Counted from the stretch's first letter, positions 42,326-55,960 are shown. The stretch is DNA of 64,000 nucleotides from Lama guanicoe (GCA_013239625.1 MU054117.1:1920011-1984010); one strand, 5' to 3'. Notes: generated by a model from the letters alone, not told the origin. Program-made: numbers and translations.

Positions 42326-44613
42326 TCACAAGAGTGTCTCTTATTAGACGCGGCAGTCAGCTCACGTAGAAAAAGCACAAAATGGATGGCTTCGGCAACA
42401 CAGGATCCAAATGACAACACAGGCTGCCTAGAGAAGCGTTTCGAGCCACAGGTGAGTGTGACGTTTGCGTGTGACACCAGCGCCCTCTCATCTTTGACAG
42501 CCGACAGAACCCAGGATGCCACACGATCTACCTGTTCCAGTCACGCTTTCTTTAACGCTTTTTATGTAATAAGCATTGTCGTGAAATTCTGGAAAACAAA
42601 GATGAAGAGGTATGATTCCTGCCTATACAGCTGAGGAATTGTGTGGGGAGACAGACACGCCAACAATTGAAGTGAAATAATTCTTTAACGGAGGAGCACG
42701 TGCGGTAAAAAGGCAGAGAGAAAAGTAGGGCAGGAGGAAAGCGCTCGGAGCCTGTGTGGGAAGCCGGAGCCCTGCACCAGGAGGAGCCCAGCACCAGGAG
42801 AAGTGAGCCTCAGGAAGCTGGCCTCAAAAGGAAGGCTGCTAGGGACGGCTGCAAGCATTCCAGCCCCCGTGGAGGAAGAGTGAGCAGCGGGCAGAGGTGG
42901 GACTGGAGGCTGGGACGCGTGGCAGCTCAGGTGAAACATAACTGGGGTGTGTAGCCTGTCAGCAAAGTGATGGAGAGCTTGGGATGGACTGAGCGGCATT
43001 GAGGAAGCAGAATCGACAGGTCCCACAACACGATAGAATGCAGGAGCTCAGCAGAACTGCAGGCCACGCCGTTTACCCACCAAGACCCGGAAGAAAGAAA
43101 CGGCCGGAAGGCGAGGAATGGGGGGCAGTGGTCTGTGCGTGCGCACAGTTGCGGCAGAAAAGGGGGATCAGTTCAGACAGACACACGAGCTTGGAGCTCA
43201 GGGAAAGTGAGTCAGTGTCAGGTTCCTGGATGCATCGCCCCCAGGGAGCAGCACCGCCGCACAGACATAACGCGATCATTCCGGTGGAGGCTGGGAGAAC
43301 GCTGACTTAAGACTGAGGAAGGAGAGCTGTGAACAGAGGCTGAGACGAGTGGCTCAGAGGTAAGACAGATGCTGGGAAAGAAAAATGACGCCGAAATCAA
43401 GACAGGAGGAGGGTCTTCGGAAAGGAGATGCCAACGCACACCGCGAGGGGCACAGAGAAGAGGGACGTTTGGCACCAGGTCCTGGAGCCACGGGAGAGGC
43501 AGCTCCGACAGAGACTCAAGGAGCCGCTGAGCAGGTGATAAAGTCAAGCTGTCCCGGAAGGGTGGCTGAGAAGGAATGGCCTCCACCAGAGAGGGCAGCC
43601 GGGGCCGAGCGGGAGGGGCCTTCCTCTTTCGTACGTACGCAGGAAAGACCAGAGTGTGTCCACAAGCTGAGGAGAAAAAGCCAACGTCGAACAAGAGGCA
43701 GAAGTGGAAGACCGAGGCGAGAGGACACAGCAGCGTTTCTCAGGAGGGAAGAGGGGGCGGAGAAAGTGCTGGCGCAGGTCAGCCTGGCTCTGTCCCCGGA
43801 GCAGTGAGGAGGCAGTGCTGGATACAGACGCAGGTAACCGTGTGGATGGAGGGCAGGAAGCCGGTGCTTCCTCCGTGAACCAGGAAGCAAGGCTGCCGGA
43901 TGGCAGAGAGGGGGGCCTGCAGGCGGGAGGGGCAGTGAAGGAGGGCACGGGGTGGAGGCCTGAGGAGCAGGACAGGGAACCCAGGACAGTGGTAAGAAAA
44001 CTGCTGTGTAGCAACTGAGGACACAGATGACTTGTTCACCATGAATTTACTCTGCAATCACCTGTGACCTTTCTAGGACAGCTGGGTGGGTTAGCCTGTG
44101 CGCCCCAGGAGAGATCTGGCGACAGCTTAGGGGTGGAGGTGCGGGTGGGAGCGTGCAGCGGGAATCCGGTGGGCAGGCACCAAGAACGCTGCTGCTGACC
44201 CTCCAGTGCCCAGGACGGCCCTCGCATCTGTGATGCTCCAGGAGACGGGGATGGAGGACGGGGCTCAGCCACAGGGAGGGCCCCAAGCAGCACAGGTGGG
44301 GCAGAACGAGCCAGGGGTCACGTGTGGGAAGGACAGCGATGACTGAAGTACAGCTAAGGGGGTTTGGGTAAGACAGGACACCGTGGCCGGAGGCTGACAC
44401 ACAGGACTCAGAACACTGAAAAGTCCAGGAGCTGTGGACGTGACACTGGAGTGAAGTCAGACATGAGGGGGAGAAAGAACCAGAGGGGTAAGAGAGACCA
44501 AGGTGCAGAACCAAGGTTTTAGACAGGGGCAGTTTGGGGCATCGCAATCCAATGAGGCCCCCACAAGGTGGTGACGAGGCCGGGGCAGAAGGGATCAGAA
44601 GAGAATGCTGTCA

Positions 44614-44994
<381 letters not shown>

Positions 44995-46518
44995 TTAAAT
45001 AAAAAAAAGGTTTATGTTCTTAAAGTGCTTATAATTCATATGCTCACAAACCTTGGAAGTTTAATATTACAGGTTTGTGAATAATCTCGTGAACTGCTTT
45101 CCAGGTATTAAAGGGTTAAAGCTGGATTCAAGTTAGAGAGTAAAAAAGTTCATTAAAAAACAAAAAACACGATGACAGGGATATGTACTAAGACCGGATA
45201 GTGACGGTTAGAAAGTCTGATACTGTGAGGCACGCAGCAGCAGGAACACGCACAGGCCGCCGCTGCCGCAGCGTACCTGGTGAGACCACAGAGCGTAAAC
45301 TGGCAGCATCAGTGAAACTGCGATTTCTCTCGTCCACACACACATACCAGGTGACACACTCATAGTGACACTGTGACAATGCAAACGGTAAACCTTCCAA
45401 ATGTCCATTTGACAGGAAAATGCATAGACTGTGGTATATGCAGATCATGGAGTATTCGTCAAAGCTATGGAAACTATGAATCAGGGACACGTGTATGAAT
45501 ATGAATGAATCACCCAAACAATATTAAATGGAAAAACGTATGTAGGTGAATATATGGAAAACATTACCATTTATTTAAAACTAGAATTTGCAAAATGAAA
45601 GTTTATTTTTAGGGACAGTTAAATAAGTGGCAAAATTATTAAGGAAGGGAACAATAAATCCAACACTCGGGTAGAAAACAGCCTGGTTGTAACCACACAA
45701 CCCACCGGATCCTAGTCTCCAGCATCAGAGACCTGAATCACACAGACCAAGACAAGCCAAGATCAAAGGCAAACCAAAGGTTGGACCAGAGAGGTTGTTG
45801 GTTTGCTTTTAGCAAACAAGAGGCTTAAGCTGAAACAATGAAAGTTAGACAACAAGTGATGCAGAAGTGGAGAAAGCCTCACGTGAGAACCCGTCCACTC
45901 TGGCTAACTGCCCGTAATTTACAGTGTAACAACTCAGGAGGAGACACTTCCCACCGGAAGCGCGGAGCTGCAGCTAACGCGGGTCGCGGGCAGCACTTCC
46001 CATAAGTGAGCGTGTATAGAAAAGGTACTAAAATTTACTTTCAGCCAGCAGGAGGAAGGGAAGTGTCTTCTCAGTCATTTAAAGCTCATGACAGGAATAC
46101 TACCGTACTTTGCTTCACGTGTTGAAAGCGGGTTGCCTTATAGCAACTGTGGGAAACATGTTAAGACGAACAAAAGAACTACTCCTGTGATTCGGCAGAC
46201 GGGCGTGGCCTGAGGGCCAGGGTGAGGTATCAGGAGAGCTGTTCTGCGCGCTGGCTGTCTGCTCTGGAATCCAGGACCCACTGGCACTGGCCCAGGCCCA
46301 CTCGAACTGTCTGGATCTCTGGTATTAACATGCACTATGGCCCAGTGTTTAATCTAAATTCCACATAATAAGAACAGAGAAATGAGGTCTAATACAGTCC
46401 AAATCCAGAGTCTGGAAGTGTGCTTCCCAAACCCTTCTAGCTCCTAAGCCAGCATGTACCCAGGTGACAAAGTCTGGGTTCTCTACATCAACAACACAAA
46501 AAGAAGCAAATTCCTTAC

Positions 46519-46556
46519 TTTCTGCAGACAGGGGACTGCGTCGGGGTGAAGTTCAT
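46519..46556 (-). CDS. CCDC77: CCDC77 coding exon 1 (MNFTPTQSPVCRK); exon begins at 46574 with 18 nt of UTR
   Basis: Matches recalled human MNFTPTHTPVCRK; acceptor TGACAG|, donor AA|GTAAGG; 38 nt CDS. Confidence 0.92.
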
Positions 46557-47051
46557 GCTGTCCTTTCAAAACACCTGTCAAAAGACACAAAAATTGAGAG
46601 CGAGGGGTCAGGAACAGAAAAAAACCCTACAGGACATACAGACTGGGTCCCCCCAACATCATCAGAATGCGGTGTTTCAGAAAACAGTATTCTTTCAAGT
46701 AGTTGCAAGCCCTGAAATTCTACCAAGGCATTCTTCCTTATTATTTTCAGAGAAAATCAGAATGGCATTTAGTATTTGGATGGATAAGCAGTCTTACTAT
46801 GAAGGTTTCTGCCACAAATTTACATGCAGAACAAATCTGCAGTCTTTTTGTTGAAATTACAGGAGAGGGAGATACAGAATAGTTTCTAATAAGCAAGTGA
46901 ATTAAGTGGAAATTAGGGTAGAGGCTCCATTATGCTACATTTAAGATAAAATACAAAGCCATTGATATTATGTTTATCTGGTATGCTGTGACTATTGTTT
47001 TATTTTGGGGAAAGAAAAAAATTACTTAAAAGCTTTAAAAGGTTCACTCAC

Positions 47052-47118
47052 AATCTCCTCCCCAATTAATAACATAGGTCAATCTTGTCACAGAAATCTT
47101 CAGGATAAAGTTCACCGT
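47052..47118 (-). other. CCDC77: Candidate CCDC77 non-coding 5'UTR exon (67 nt)
   Basis: Acceptor TTCCTTCCCAG| and donor ATT|GTGAGT flank it, between the promoter and the ATG exon. Splice signals only, no transcript evidence. Confidence 0.4.
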
Positions 47119-48347
47119 CTGGGAAGGAATAAATACCTCATCACGTGAAGGAAAGAGGGAAGGGCGGGACAGAGAAGAGGAGAGGGGAGAGGAGGAGGGG
47201 ATGGGAAAAGGCAGAAGCTTTGTTTTAATTAGCTTTGGGCAGCGCTTTCTCATCAAGCTCACTGTCAGTCCATTCTGATCGTGAGCTAGTTGAGGTGACG
47301 TAATATCCCGTTCTTGTGTTTCTCTATCCAGTAAATGTCTGCTCACACCAATTTGTAACATATATTCTATCATTACTCCCGTTTTCTAATAAGTAACTGA
47401 GGTTTAGAGGTTCAGTAAAACTTGCCTGAGGCTGAGCACATGTCCACATATATAAGCACTCAATAAATTAAAATATTATTGCTGTTTTTACTGAAAATTT
47501 TACTCTCTGGGTTCAAAAGCTTCTGTCTTCAACTCTCCCTACTACTTCCTCTACCCATTTCTTTGGGAACATCATTACTGCTTTTATGATTACCTCTATC
47601 ACCTAAACCACCACGTGGCAAAGAGTAGCTAACTACTACTTGTTTAATGAATAAATGGCATCTCTTTCAATCCGTTGACTTGAATTTTCAATTATATAAT
47701 GGACATTTTCACCTATATGTCCCATTGGAACTTGAAATGTTTAACTTAAAACAAAAAAATCCCAGGCTGAAGCAGCTCACTTCTGGGTCATGAACCCAGA
47801 GATGTGGTCAAAATTGAGCAGTAAAACTCTTTATTATAAAAAGAAATCATTCAAATCATGTATTTTTTAGTACCTCAAAGCTAACACTTCCTAAACCAAA
47901 TTCATCACCTTTATCATCCAAACATGCTCCTTCTGACGTTTCAATTTCAGTTACTAACTCAGCATCTTTCAAGCAACCTGGACTTGAAAATTTAAATTCA
48001 TCGCTCCATTACTCCTCTTGATCCTCTCATCTAACCGTATGAAAATCCTGCACATTCTGACAAGGACCTGTTAATTCGGGAAACCCACATCTCAAGCACC
48101 CTACTCCAATGCCTTAACTGTTCTCCCCGGACCACCTTCTCAGAAGTCAAAAAATTCGTCAGTCTAACGCACTAAATCAAACTCAGCCTAGACATCATGG
48201 CTTTTCACTTAAGGACCAGACCTCTCTCTCCTGCCTTATTTCCTCTACTCCTTGAGTGCACACGAGGTTTCCAGATAACTTTGTTTCCATGCGTTTTTTT
48301 CAGGAGGGCCCCTCCTGCTGGAACATAGTTCCCTCCACTCATAATTT

Positions 48348-48497
48348 TTTAAATTTATTTTTATTTATTTTTTGGAGAAGGAGGGAGGAGGTAATCAGGT
48401 TTGTTTGTTTATTTACTTATTGGTGGTGCTGGGGATTGAACCCAGGACCTTGTGATTCCTAGGCGTGCGCTCTACCACTGAGCAATACCATCCCCTC
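48348..48497 (-). mobile_element. Vic-1-like SINE
   Basis: Reverse-complement copy; target-site duplication ACTCATAATTT at 48337 and 48499. Confidence 0.85.
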
Positions 48498-48889
48498 AAC
48501 TCATAATTTCACTACATGACAATTTAAATACCACCTTCCTTTCTTCCCTGAGTCTCTCCATTAGGAATGCTCCAACTGCACAGGAACCGTATTTATAATT
48601 CAATGAAAGCTGACACAGTAGAGTTCGTTGTGGCCACCACCTCTCCCGCGAGGGTGTGTGTTCTCCGCAGATAAGAACATCCTTGTATCTTCCTAAAATG
48701 CGATGCCCTAGTTTACAGACGTACTGTTGGATTTCAGCTACCTTCCATCCCTCCATCTCTGTGACACTCTTGTTTAGGCACATATATTGATATGTTCATA
48801 GCTGGTCTGCTTTCAATTCACATCCGTTCAGAACTTCGACATTATTTCCTTTTCCCCACCACTCTGCGAAGTGCTTTTATCATCCCTCA

Positions 48890-49450
48890 ACTTTACCGAC
48901 GAGGAAGCTGATGCTGAGACCGGCGCGGGGTGAGGGAATCCGGGACCCACCTCCAGAACGCCCACCTGCCGCACCCCTTTCTCCATCTGGCCCCGACGTG
49001 ATTCCGGGGGCTCAGCCCCCTAACCCCCAGCGCCCCGAAAGCCCTCCCGCAGACGCTAAATTTCCGCCCCCGGCCCCCACGAGCCTCCCTCAGGCTCTCG
49101 CCCCTCTCCCGAGCACTCTCCCGCACTCACTTCCCCCGCACCCGCCCTCTCTTCCCGAAGCCCCTTCCCCGACCCTCAGCCGGAAACCCGGAACTCCACT
49201 CACGCCGCACGGAGACGCGGACGCCGAGAACCCAACCGAAAAACAAGTCAAATCCCGGGCGTCGCGGCGCCACGGAGCGTGCACGAAGCCACCCAATCGC
49301 CGACAGGTTTACACGGCCCTCTGGACCGCGCGCCAATAGGAAAGCAATTCACACAGAGGCCCGCCCCTTCCCGCCCTCCCTCGCGCGCCTTGCCCCGAGG
49401 GGTCGCCGGGAAATGTAGTTTTACTTTTGCGCTCGGCTGCCTGGGTAGAG
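48890..49450 (-). promoter_or_regulatory. CCDC77: CCDC77 proximal CpG-island promoter with two CCAAT boxes (49293, 49333), a GC box (49361) and a ZNF143/THAP11-type ACTACATTTCCC motif (49408-49419)
   Basis: CpG-dense stretch; motifs read directly from the sequence. Confidence 0.8.
49204..49270 (-). other. CCDC77: CCDC77 proximal non-coding first exon (5' end approximate)
   Basis: Donor GGC|GTGAGT (GT at 49203-49202) inside a CpG island, directly downstream of CCAAT and GC boxes. Confidence 0.65.
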
Positions 49451-49901
49451 GAGGATGTGGCGGGGCTGCAAGACAGCGCATCCCAGCACAGGGGCTATGA
49501 TGTTTCTGGTCAGATGCGCTAGTGCTGGCGCAGTTTAGATTTTTCTCAACTATTTGGTTTTCATGAAAAGTGATGCATAAATGCAGTGCACAGTCACAGG
49601 ATTTTTATGAGTTATGATGTGCAAGCTTTTCTCAAGGAAGTGAAGAGTCTAGGAAGACAGTTTCTCCTTCCATGACCTGTGGCCTGGAGCCAAGACAGGA
49701 CCTGTGGATCCGTTTCTCCAGTCAGAGGAGAATGTATGTAAATGCTATTTTTATCAGATAGCAGACACTACTTTTCCTGAGAGGTGTGAGAAACTGTCTT
49801 TAATCATGTAAGTTAGTTCAAAACCCAGTAGCGATTTCATTTTTACAGAAGACAGAGGTGTTGGGGTGGGAAAGGCACTTTAGTCTCAGCGCTGCAGCTA
49901 A

Positions 49902-50408
49902 TGAGACAGGCTGGGACGCAGGACCTGGGACGCTTTGCTGCAGCGTTTGCACCTGGACAAACATTTCCTGGAGCAACAGAATACAAAGAAACTATAAGAG
50001 ACTAAAAATAACTGCACGCATTAGCAGTCGAGGCAAATCATGAACAGTAAGATACAAAAACGCCAAAACCCAACCGCCACCTACGAGGTGCCAGGAGCAA
50101 AAGCAGGGTACCAGGCATGATCTCTGCACATGGCACCACTAAGAGGGGTGCGGGCAGACCCCCTAAGGTATCCCTGGGCCTGACCCCCGGATCCTCCCCT
50201 ACCCTTGCTTCATTTAAGGGAGCAGCTCAGCTCACGCCCCGTATTCCCCACCCTCCCTACCCCAGCCTGAGCAGCAAGGGAACCTGTTACTTCTTACGCT
50301 CCCTGGTGCTGCAGCACACGTGTCCCAATATACCGTTGCCTGAATCGCTCATCAGGCCTCTTACCGATTTCTGTTGATTAAAGGGTCCAAGGACCCTGGC
50401 TGGTAACA
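49902..50408 (+). mobile_element. Solo ERV1 LTR, MER41-like (cetartiodactyl type)
   Basis: TG..CA termini (TGAGACAGGCTGGGAC .. GGTAACA), near 4-bp target duplication CTAA/CTAC, TATA-like TTTAAG, degenerate poly(A) signal; resembles recalled bovine/porcine MER41 consensus. Confidence 0.75.
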
Positions 50409-51120
50409 CTACCACATGGAAAAGCTGGGACTCTTCACTGATCTAAGACGTAAGGACGTTTGAAAGGAACTTGCCATCTTCTAAACCTGCTTTTTTCCCT
50501 CTTGTGATTTTCCTCTGTTCGCTTCATCAAGATTTCCCCAGACTCCTTGCCGCAGTATTTTTGTCTCTCTTTTGGCCCCTGCTTTTTTTTTTTTAACCAT
50601 ATCATGATGATCTTATGTTAATACTGGTTCTCAAATTTCTATCTTCCTATTTATTTCCCCTCCGGGTCTCATTCCCTTTAACTTGGACTACTTCAGTAGG
50701 TTTCTAACTGGCATTTTTGCATCAGGTTTTTTTTCCATCCCCAATCCATTCTATAAAAGGCGATTATTTTTTTAAAGCGCACTTCTGGACATGTCCTACT
50801 CCTGCTCATAACTTGTGGTGACTCCACACAGAGTATACAATGAAGTCCACGTGTCGTTCAAACACTGCCACAATCTGACCCCACTTATCTCTATTATAAT
50901 AAATAACCAGTTATTTCCTGAATGTAACACGCACTTTCCAGCTCTGCTCACACTCATTGCTTTGTCTGCATTCACCTTTCCCTGAATCTCCACTCACAAA
51001 ATTCCTACAAGGCCAACGCAAATACCATCTCCTTAATTGGAAGTAATTCCTTTTCTTGATAATTTATGCTGCAAGTTGTCATTGTATGTTTTATAGCATA
51101 GCTTCTATTCAAATGTCATC

Positions 51121-51314
51121 CATCTTTTTTTTTTAATTGAAGTATAGCTGGCTTACAATGTTTTGTTAGTTTCTGGTGTACAGCATAGTGATTCAGACAT
51201 ACATGTGTGTATATATATACACACACACGCTCTTTTTCATACTCTTTTCCATTAGAGGTTATTAAAGATATTGAATATAATTCCCTGTGCTATACAGTAG
51301 GACCTTGTTGTTTA
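51121..51314 (-). mobile_element. Short L1 3' end with target-site duplication
   Basis: TTTTTAATTGAAGTATAG..TTCCCTGTGCTATACAGTAGGACCTTGTTG; 12-bp duplication TCAAATGTCATC at 51109 and 51315. Confidence 0.85.
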
Positions 51315-51506
51315 TCAAATGTCATCAATCTTAAGCCCTTCTCTGACTACCTGTCCCCCTTAACACCCTCCCATGTCCTCCCGTCTCTACTTTTCAAAAG
51401 ACTTTTTCACCACCTAAAATAGTTTATATTTACTTGCTAGTGCTTATGATTTTGTCTCCCCTCACAACTAGAAGGTAAGCTCTGTAAGGGGACATACTTT
51501 GTACTA

Positions 51507-51639
51507 TTTTTTTTGTTTGTTTTTGGAGGTGGCGGAGGTAATTAGGTTTATTTATTATGTTTTTAGAGAGGTACTGGGGACTGAACCCAGAACCTTGTGC
51601 ATGCTAAGCATACGCTTTACTTGAGCTATACCCTCCCCC
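51507..51639 (-). mobile_element. Vic-1-like SINE
   Basis: GGAGGTAATTAGGTTTATTT..GTACTGGGGACTGAACCCAG..GAGCTATACCCTCCCC. Confidence 0.85.
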
Positions 51640-53131
51640 TCTTCTTCTTCTTGTCCGTTATCACGCATGCAGCATTTAGCAGAGTGCACACAGCGATGCT
51701 CAGTGACTTGCTGAATGCATGAGCGCACATATAACATTCCTCCCCACGTGTGTGCCTCTCCTGTCACACTGCTCTTCTTGTGTTCCAGATCCCGCTTCAT
51801 GTGTCATCCTCCCTTAAAATGCCAAAGGGTCATTCTCAACTCACCCCTCTCTCGCAACCACCCAATATCAGGTTGATAATTTTTAAAACATCACTCCTGC
51901 GGCAGAGGATCAACGAATAACCACCCTTGAAGATGTGGGAGGCTATAGTGACAATTCATATAATTTATATGAGTTGGGAAAGACCTAAAAGAAGGGTGGC
52001 ATTGATGGAAATGTGAAGAGGGACATGGGAGATATTTAAAAGTTCCAACTGTTGGGACCCAGGACAGGGAAGCTAGCAGGAGTAGCTAACTTTAATCAGA
52101 GTGCGAAGTGCACGGGGAAGAACACGGGAGGCTGTGAGACGCAGCCCGAGGCGGGCAGTAACTCGATAAACCCTCTCGCTTCCCGCTCCGCCTAGTCCGG
52201 TGGCGCGTTCCTGCCATTCGCCTCACTTTGTCTTCGTCTTCCTGGCGTAACCGTGCTGAGGCTCCGCACGCTTGAGGCTCCTTTTCCCGTCTGCCTTCTA
52301 AGTGTGGTGCGGGGGCATGTCTCACGTTTACAGGAAAAGCCGTCCCCGTAAGTTCACGGTCTGCAGCCTTAGGGACGCCCTCAGCAGCGAAGACCCACAC
52401 TTCTCAGGGAGCGTTTGCTCCTCCTAATTTCCACAGGAGCCCTTTTACAGAGTCACCCTTCGCGGCAAGCCCCTAAGGCAGCCCTCTGGGTCCCTTCTTC
52501 TTTGCTTCTCAAAGAAAGGCGCCAACCACCTCAAACTCTTTCCTGCGCACCCACCTCCTCGTCCGCTGCGCGCGCCTGCCTCCTTCCCTGCGTGGGCGGG
52601 GGCGGTCCCTCCTCCTGCCACGCTCCCACTCCTCTTACCTCCTTAGGGACTGTGATTTTCCTCCTGTGTCTTCAACTCCCAGTCTCCGTCATCGCTTTCT
52701 TCCCGGCACTCAGACTTACTCATCCCTCCCAGCTTGTGAACTCTCTCTTCAGTTCTCCTTTAGCAGCCTCCACCCTCCCCAACCCCACTTCTCACTCGGC
52801 AACCAGGAATCTTGAGTCTATGCTTGGCTCATTTCCCTCACATCCCACTCACTTCCCAACTCACTAGAAACTGCATTCGGATCCCCTAACTTTATAGAAA
52901 CTGCTCTATGACCTACTAATTGCTAAATTTAATGACCGCCTCTTGTCTAATCCCACATCATCTCTTTGTGGCATTTTATACTGTTGCCACCTTTTCCTCC
53001 AAGTTTTACTCACTTACCAACGCTATGAAAACACTCTCAAATCTCTCTCCCCATTCATTCTTAGCATCATGTGCTGGTTTTTCTTTTTCTAGTGCAAGTA
53101 TTATTATCTTCCCAGAAAAAAATACCTTTGT

Positions 53132-53263
53132 GGGGAGAGTACAGCTCAAGTGGTAGAGAGCGCAAGCTTGGCACACGTGAGGTCCTGGGTTCAATCGCCA
53201 GTACCTCCTCCAAGAATAAATAAATAAATAAACCTAGTTACCTCCTCCCACCCAAACAAAATA
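53132..53263 (+). mobile_element. Vic-1-like SINE
   Basis: Head, B box GGTTCAATC, (TAAA)n and AAACCTAGTTACCTCC tail. Confidence 0.85.
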
Positions 53264-54785
53264 ATTAATTAACTTTTAATTAGCTTAGGACAAATAACAG
53301 AAGAGTAAACTTCTCTTACTTGTGCAGATGTGAAATCATGGGCTTCATGACAATAATACAGCTCAGAATAAGAATCAATATAATTGTAGGAGCATGTATT
53401 TAGTATACGCCCCACCTTCACTTACTGCTGAATTTAAGAAATAAGAGCTCTTACCCTCTGAGAGATCACAGAAAAACAGAAAATAACATACAAACATATT
53501 AAAGGAAATATGCGTACTCAAAAAGGACACACCTGTTTATGGAGCCTACACCAAGAAACAAAGATAATTAGTACCTGCATTGTAATTTTGAAAATCCACT
53601 GGACAGAGAGAAGATAGACTAATGTTATCATCTCCTCGCCATTATTATTTTTATTATTTGTACTATCATTTCTAGGTTGGTACATAATAGAGAATGACCT
53701 CTGTGTTCACTGTCCTCTATGACACCGTCTGTGGTATAGAAAATTATCAATAAAATCCTTGAAATAAATTTGGGAAAATCCAAGCCAGTTATGAGAGAAT
53801 ACTTCACTCCGTTTTTACATTTAGAGGCTCTTGGTACATTGCTTTACAAATTATACAAATATTTTGGTAAACACAGATTTAGAGATTCAAATGACATGTT
53901 TTGCCTAAATTTTTTTTACAGTATGCTTTGAAAGTTCCACTAGTTATTCTAGGGAATAAATGCAATTTGTCATTTATACCCGTTTGGAACAGAGGATATC
54001 AAATTAAAATCCAGAACTAAATCATAATCCAGGAAAGACAGCAGAAGACCTTGTAAACTGAAATATATGTGATATTTTCCTGGAAGCAATAACAAGATGT
54101 TCTTTGATACATTCATGATCTATCTAACTGCTGAACACCACAATTCACAGTGCATCTAAATTCATTGATGATCTTGTGCTTTGCCTTACAACAATCCTTT
54201 ATCTGCTCAGTAGAAAAGGATAGGTGATTAGAAAGCCACTCAAGGTCATATAAATGTAAATCATATTCAAGTAAATAATAGTAATATCTTGGGTGAAACA
54301 TAACCTGTGGGCACTTTGAGGAAAGGTAGACATAGACAAAATATGAGCGTTCAAATAATCTGATCAGAAAGTAGTTGTTGATAATTTAATTAAAGGAGAA
54401 CCGTAAAAAGTGATAATTTACAAGTAGTTTCTGTAGACCTCAATTTATTGAATTGAACTGTTGAACATAATTGAATTCAATCACAGACCACCAGATACAG
54501 AATAAACTATCATTATTTTGGTCTAAATGAATTTAAGAGTTTGTTAATTACACTTGATTTCTCCTAATGTTAAAGTATGTAAGAGAATCCGTTTTACTGA
54601 GGTTTAGAAGAACCTAGTGACATACACGATGCACAAATTTAAATGTTTAAATATTTAAATAAGCAAAGACCTCTTGGTGAGACTGTTGCTCTACTAGGTT
54701 GTTTACTTTTCCCCCTACTCTTTAGAGCAGGTCTCTTCCAGCCCTTCCTCCTTTATTATGTTCATTCAAATTATAGGATAAAGCA

Positions 54786-55958
54786 TCAATTCTCAAAGTG
54801 TCGTCTATAGACCCTGGTTGGTTGCTAGACCCCTGTTGGTCCCTGGGATGCTGCTTTCTGAAGGTCTTAAGGTCAAAAGTATTTTCATACTAATAGCAAG
54901 ATATAATTTTCCTTTTTCAAACCCTTGATAACATTTGCACCAATGGTGCAAAAGCAGTGATGCTGGTGACACTGCTGGTCCCTTAGCACACATCACAGGG
55001 GTGACACCACACCGTGGTAGTAGTCTTCATCACCCACACTCATGGTTGAAAAAACAAAAGGCCAGTTTTATTTAAGAATGCCCATTTTGAAGCAATAAAA
55101 ATGACTCGTTTTAATAAACCTGGAGTCCTGAATACATGTCTTCTTTAAGTCTGTGTGAGAAAGTGGGAAGTCCACATGATGTGCTTCTGCTGCAGGAGGA
55201 TTTTCTCAAGGGGATGCACTTACCAGCTAAACTAGCCACTTTTCTCATGGAACACCAGAAGGCCTAACAGACAAACGGTAGTTGTTCAGAGTGAGGTATT
55301 TGACATTTTTTGGGAAAATGAACAGTGTGAGCCCATCTCTTCAATGGAAACAATGGACAGTATTTGTTGATAATGAAAATTTGAGGTTTCAAGTGAAAGT
55401 TATTTTGAAAAATTTGTTTCTGTTACTATGAGTTTGACAGCTTCTCAACTTCCTGAAATGAAAAGTGCTATTTTTGTGATTTTTAAAAATAATATATAAT
55501 TATATGCATCAACGTTTGGAAGATCTGTAGAACTTGGTGAACTAATATTGTCCAAATGATCAATGCATAACGTTTCAAAATCATGACTGTGTAAAAACCC
55601 CATTCAAGGACAAATGTTGACAACCATTTTAATGTAACAGAGTAAAAAAGTTTATTGAAAAAAATTATAGATTCCACATTACTAGGTTTTAAGAAATTAC
55701 AATGGTCTGAAAAGGCTAAAATTTAAAAAAAATCCTCCCTTTTCCCCTTCACATCTGTGTCATGCTGGATTTTCTTCATATATTTTAACCCAAACAACGT
55801 ATCACAACAGATTGAGTGTAGAAACAGATATGAGAATCCACCTTGATCCCATGAAGCTAAATATTAAAATCATTTTCAAAAAATGTAAACCAATGCCACT
55901 CTTTTAACTAAATTTCTTTTGGAAATATTGTTATTCATAAAATATATTTACATTAACC
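54786..55958. mobile_element. hAT-Charlie (Charlie1-like) DNA transposon remnant
   Basis: Begins CAATTCTCAAAGTGT; contains AGGTCAAAAGTATTTTCATACTAATA, ACATTTGCACCAATGGTGCAAAAGCA, CTAAACTAGCCACTTTTCTCATGGAACACC, ACAGATATGAGAATCCA, recalled from Charlie1. Confidence 0.75.
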
Positions 55959-55960
55959 TG

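Noticed and set aside
42600..44530. Overlapping ORFs in a purine-rich CCDC77 intron segment
   Set aside because: Looks like GC-drifted ancient repeat (L2-like) sequence; no coherent protein, and boundaries too uncertain to list as a feature.
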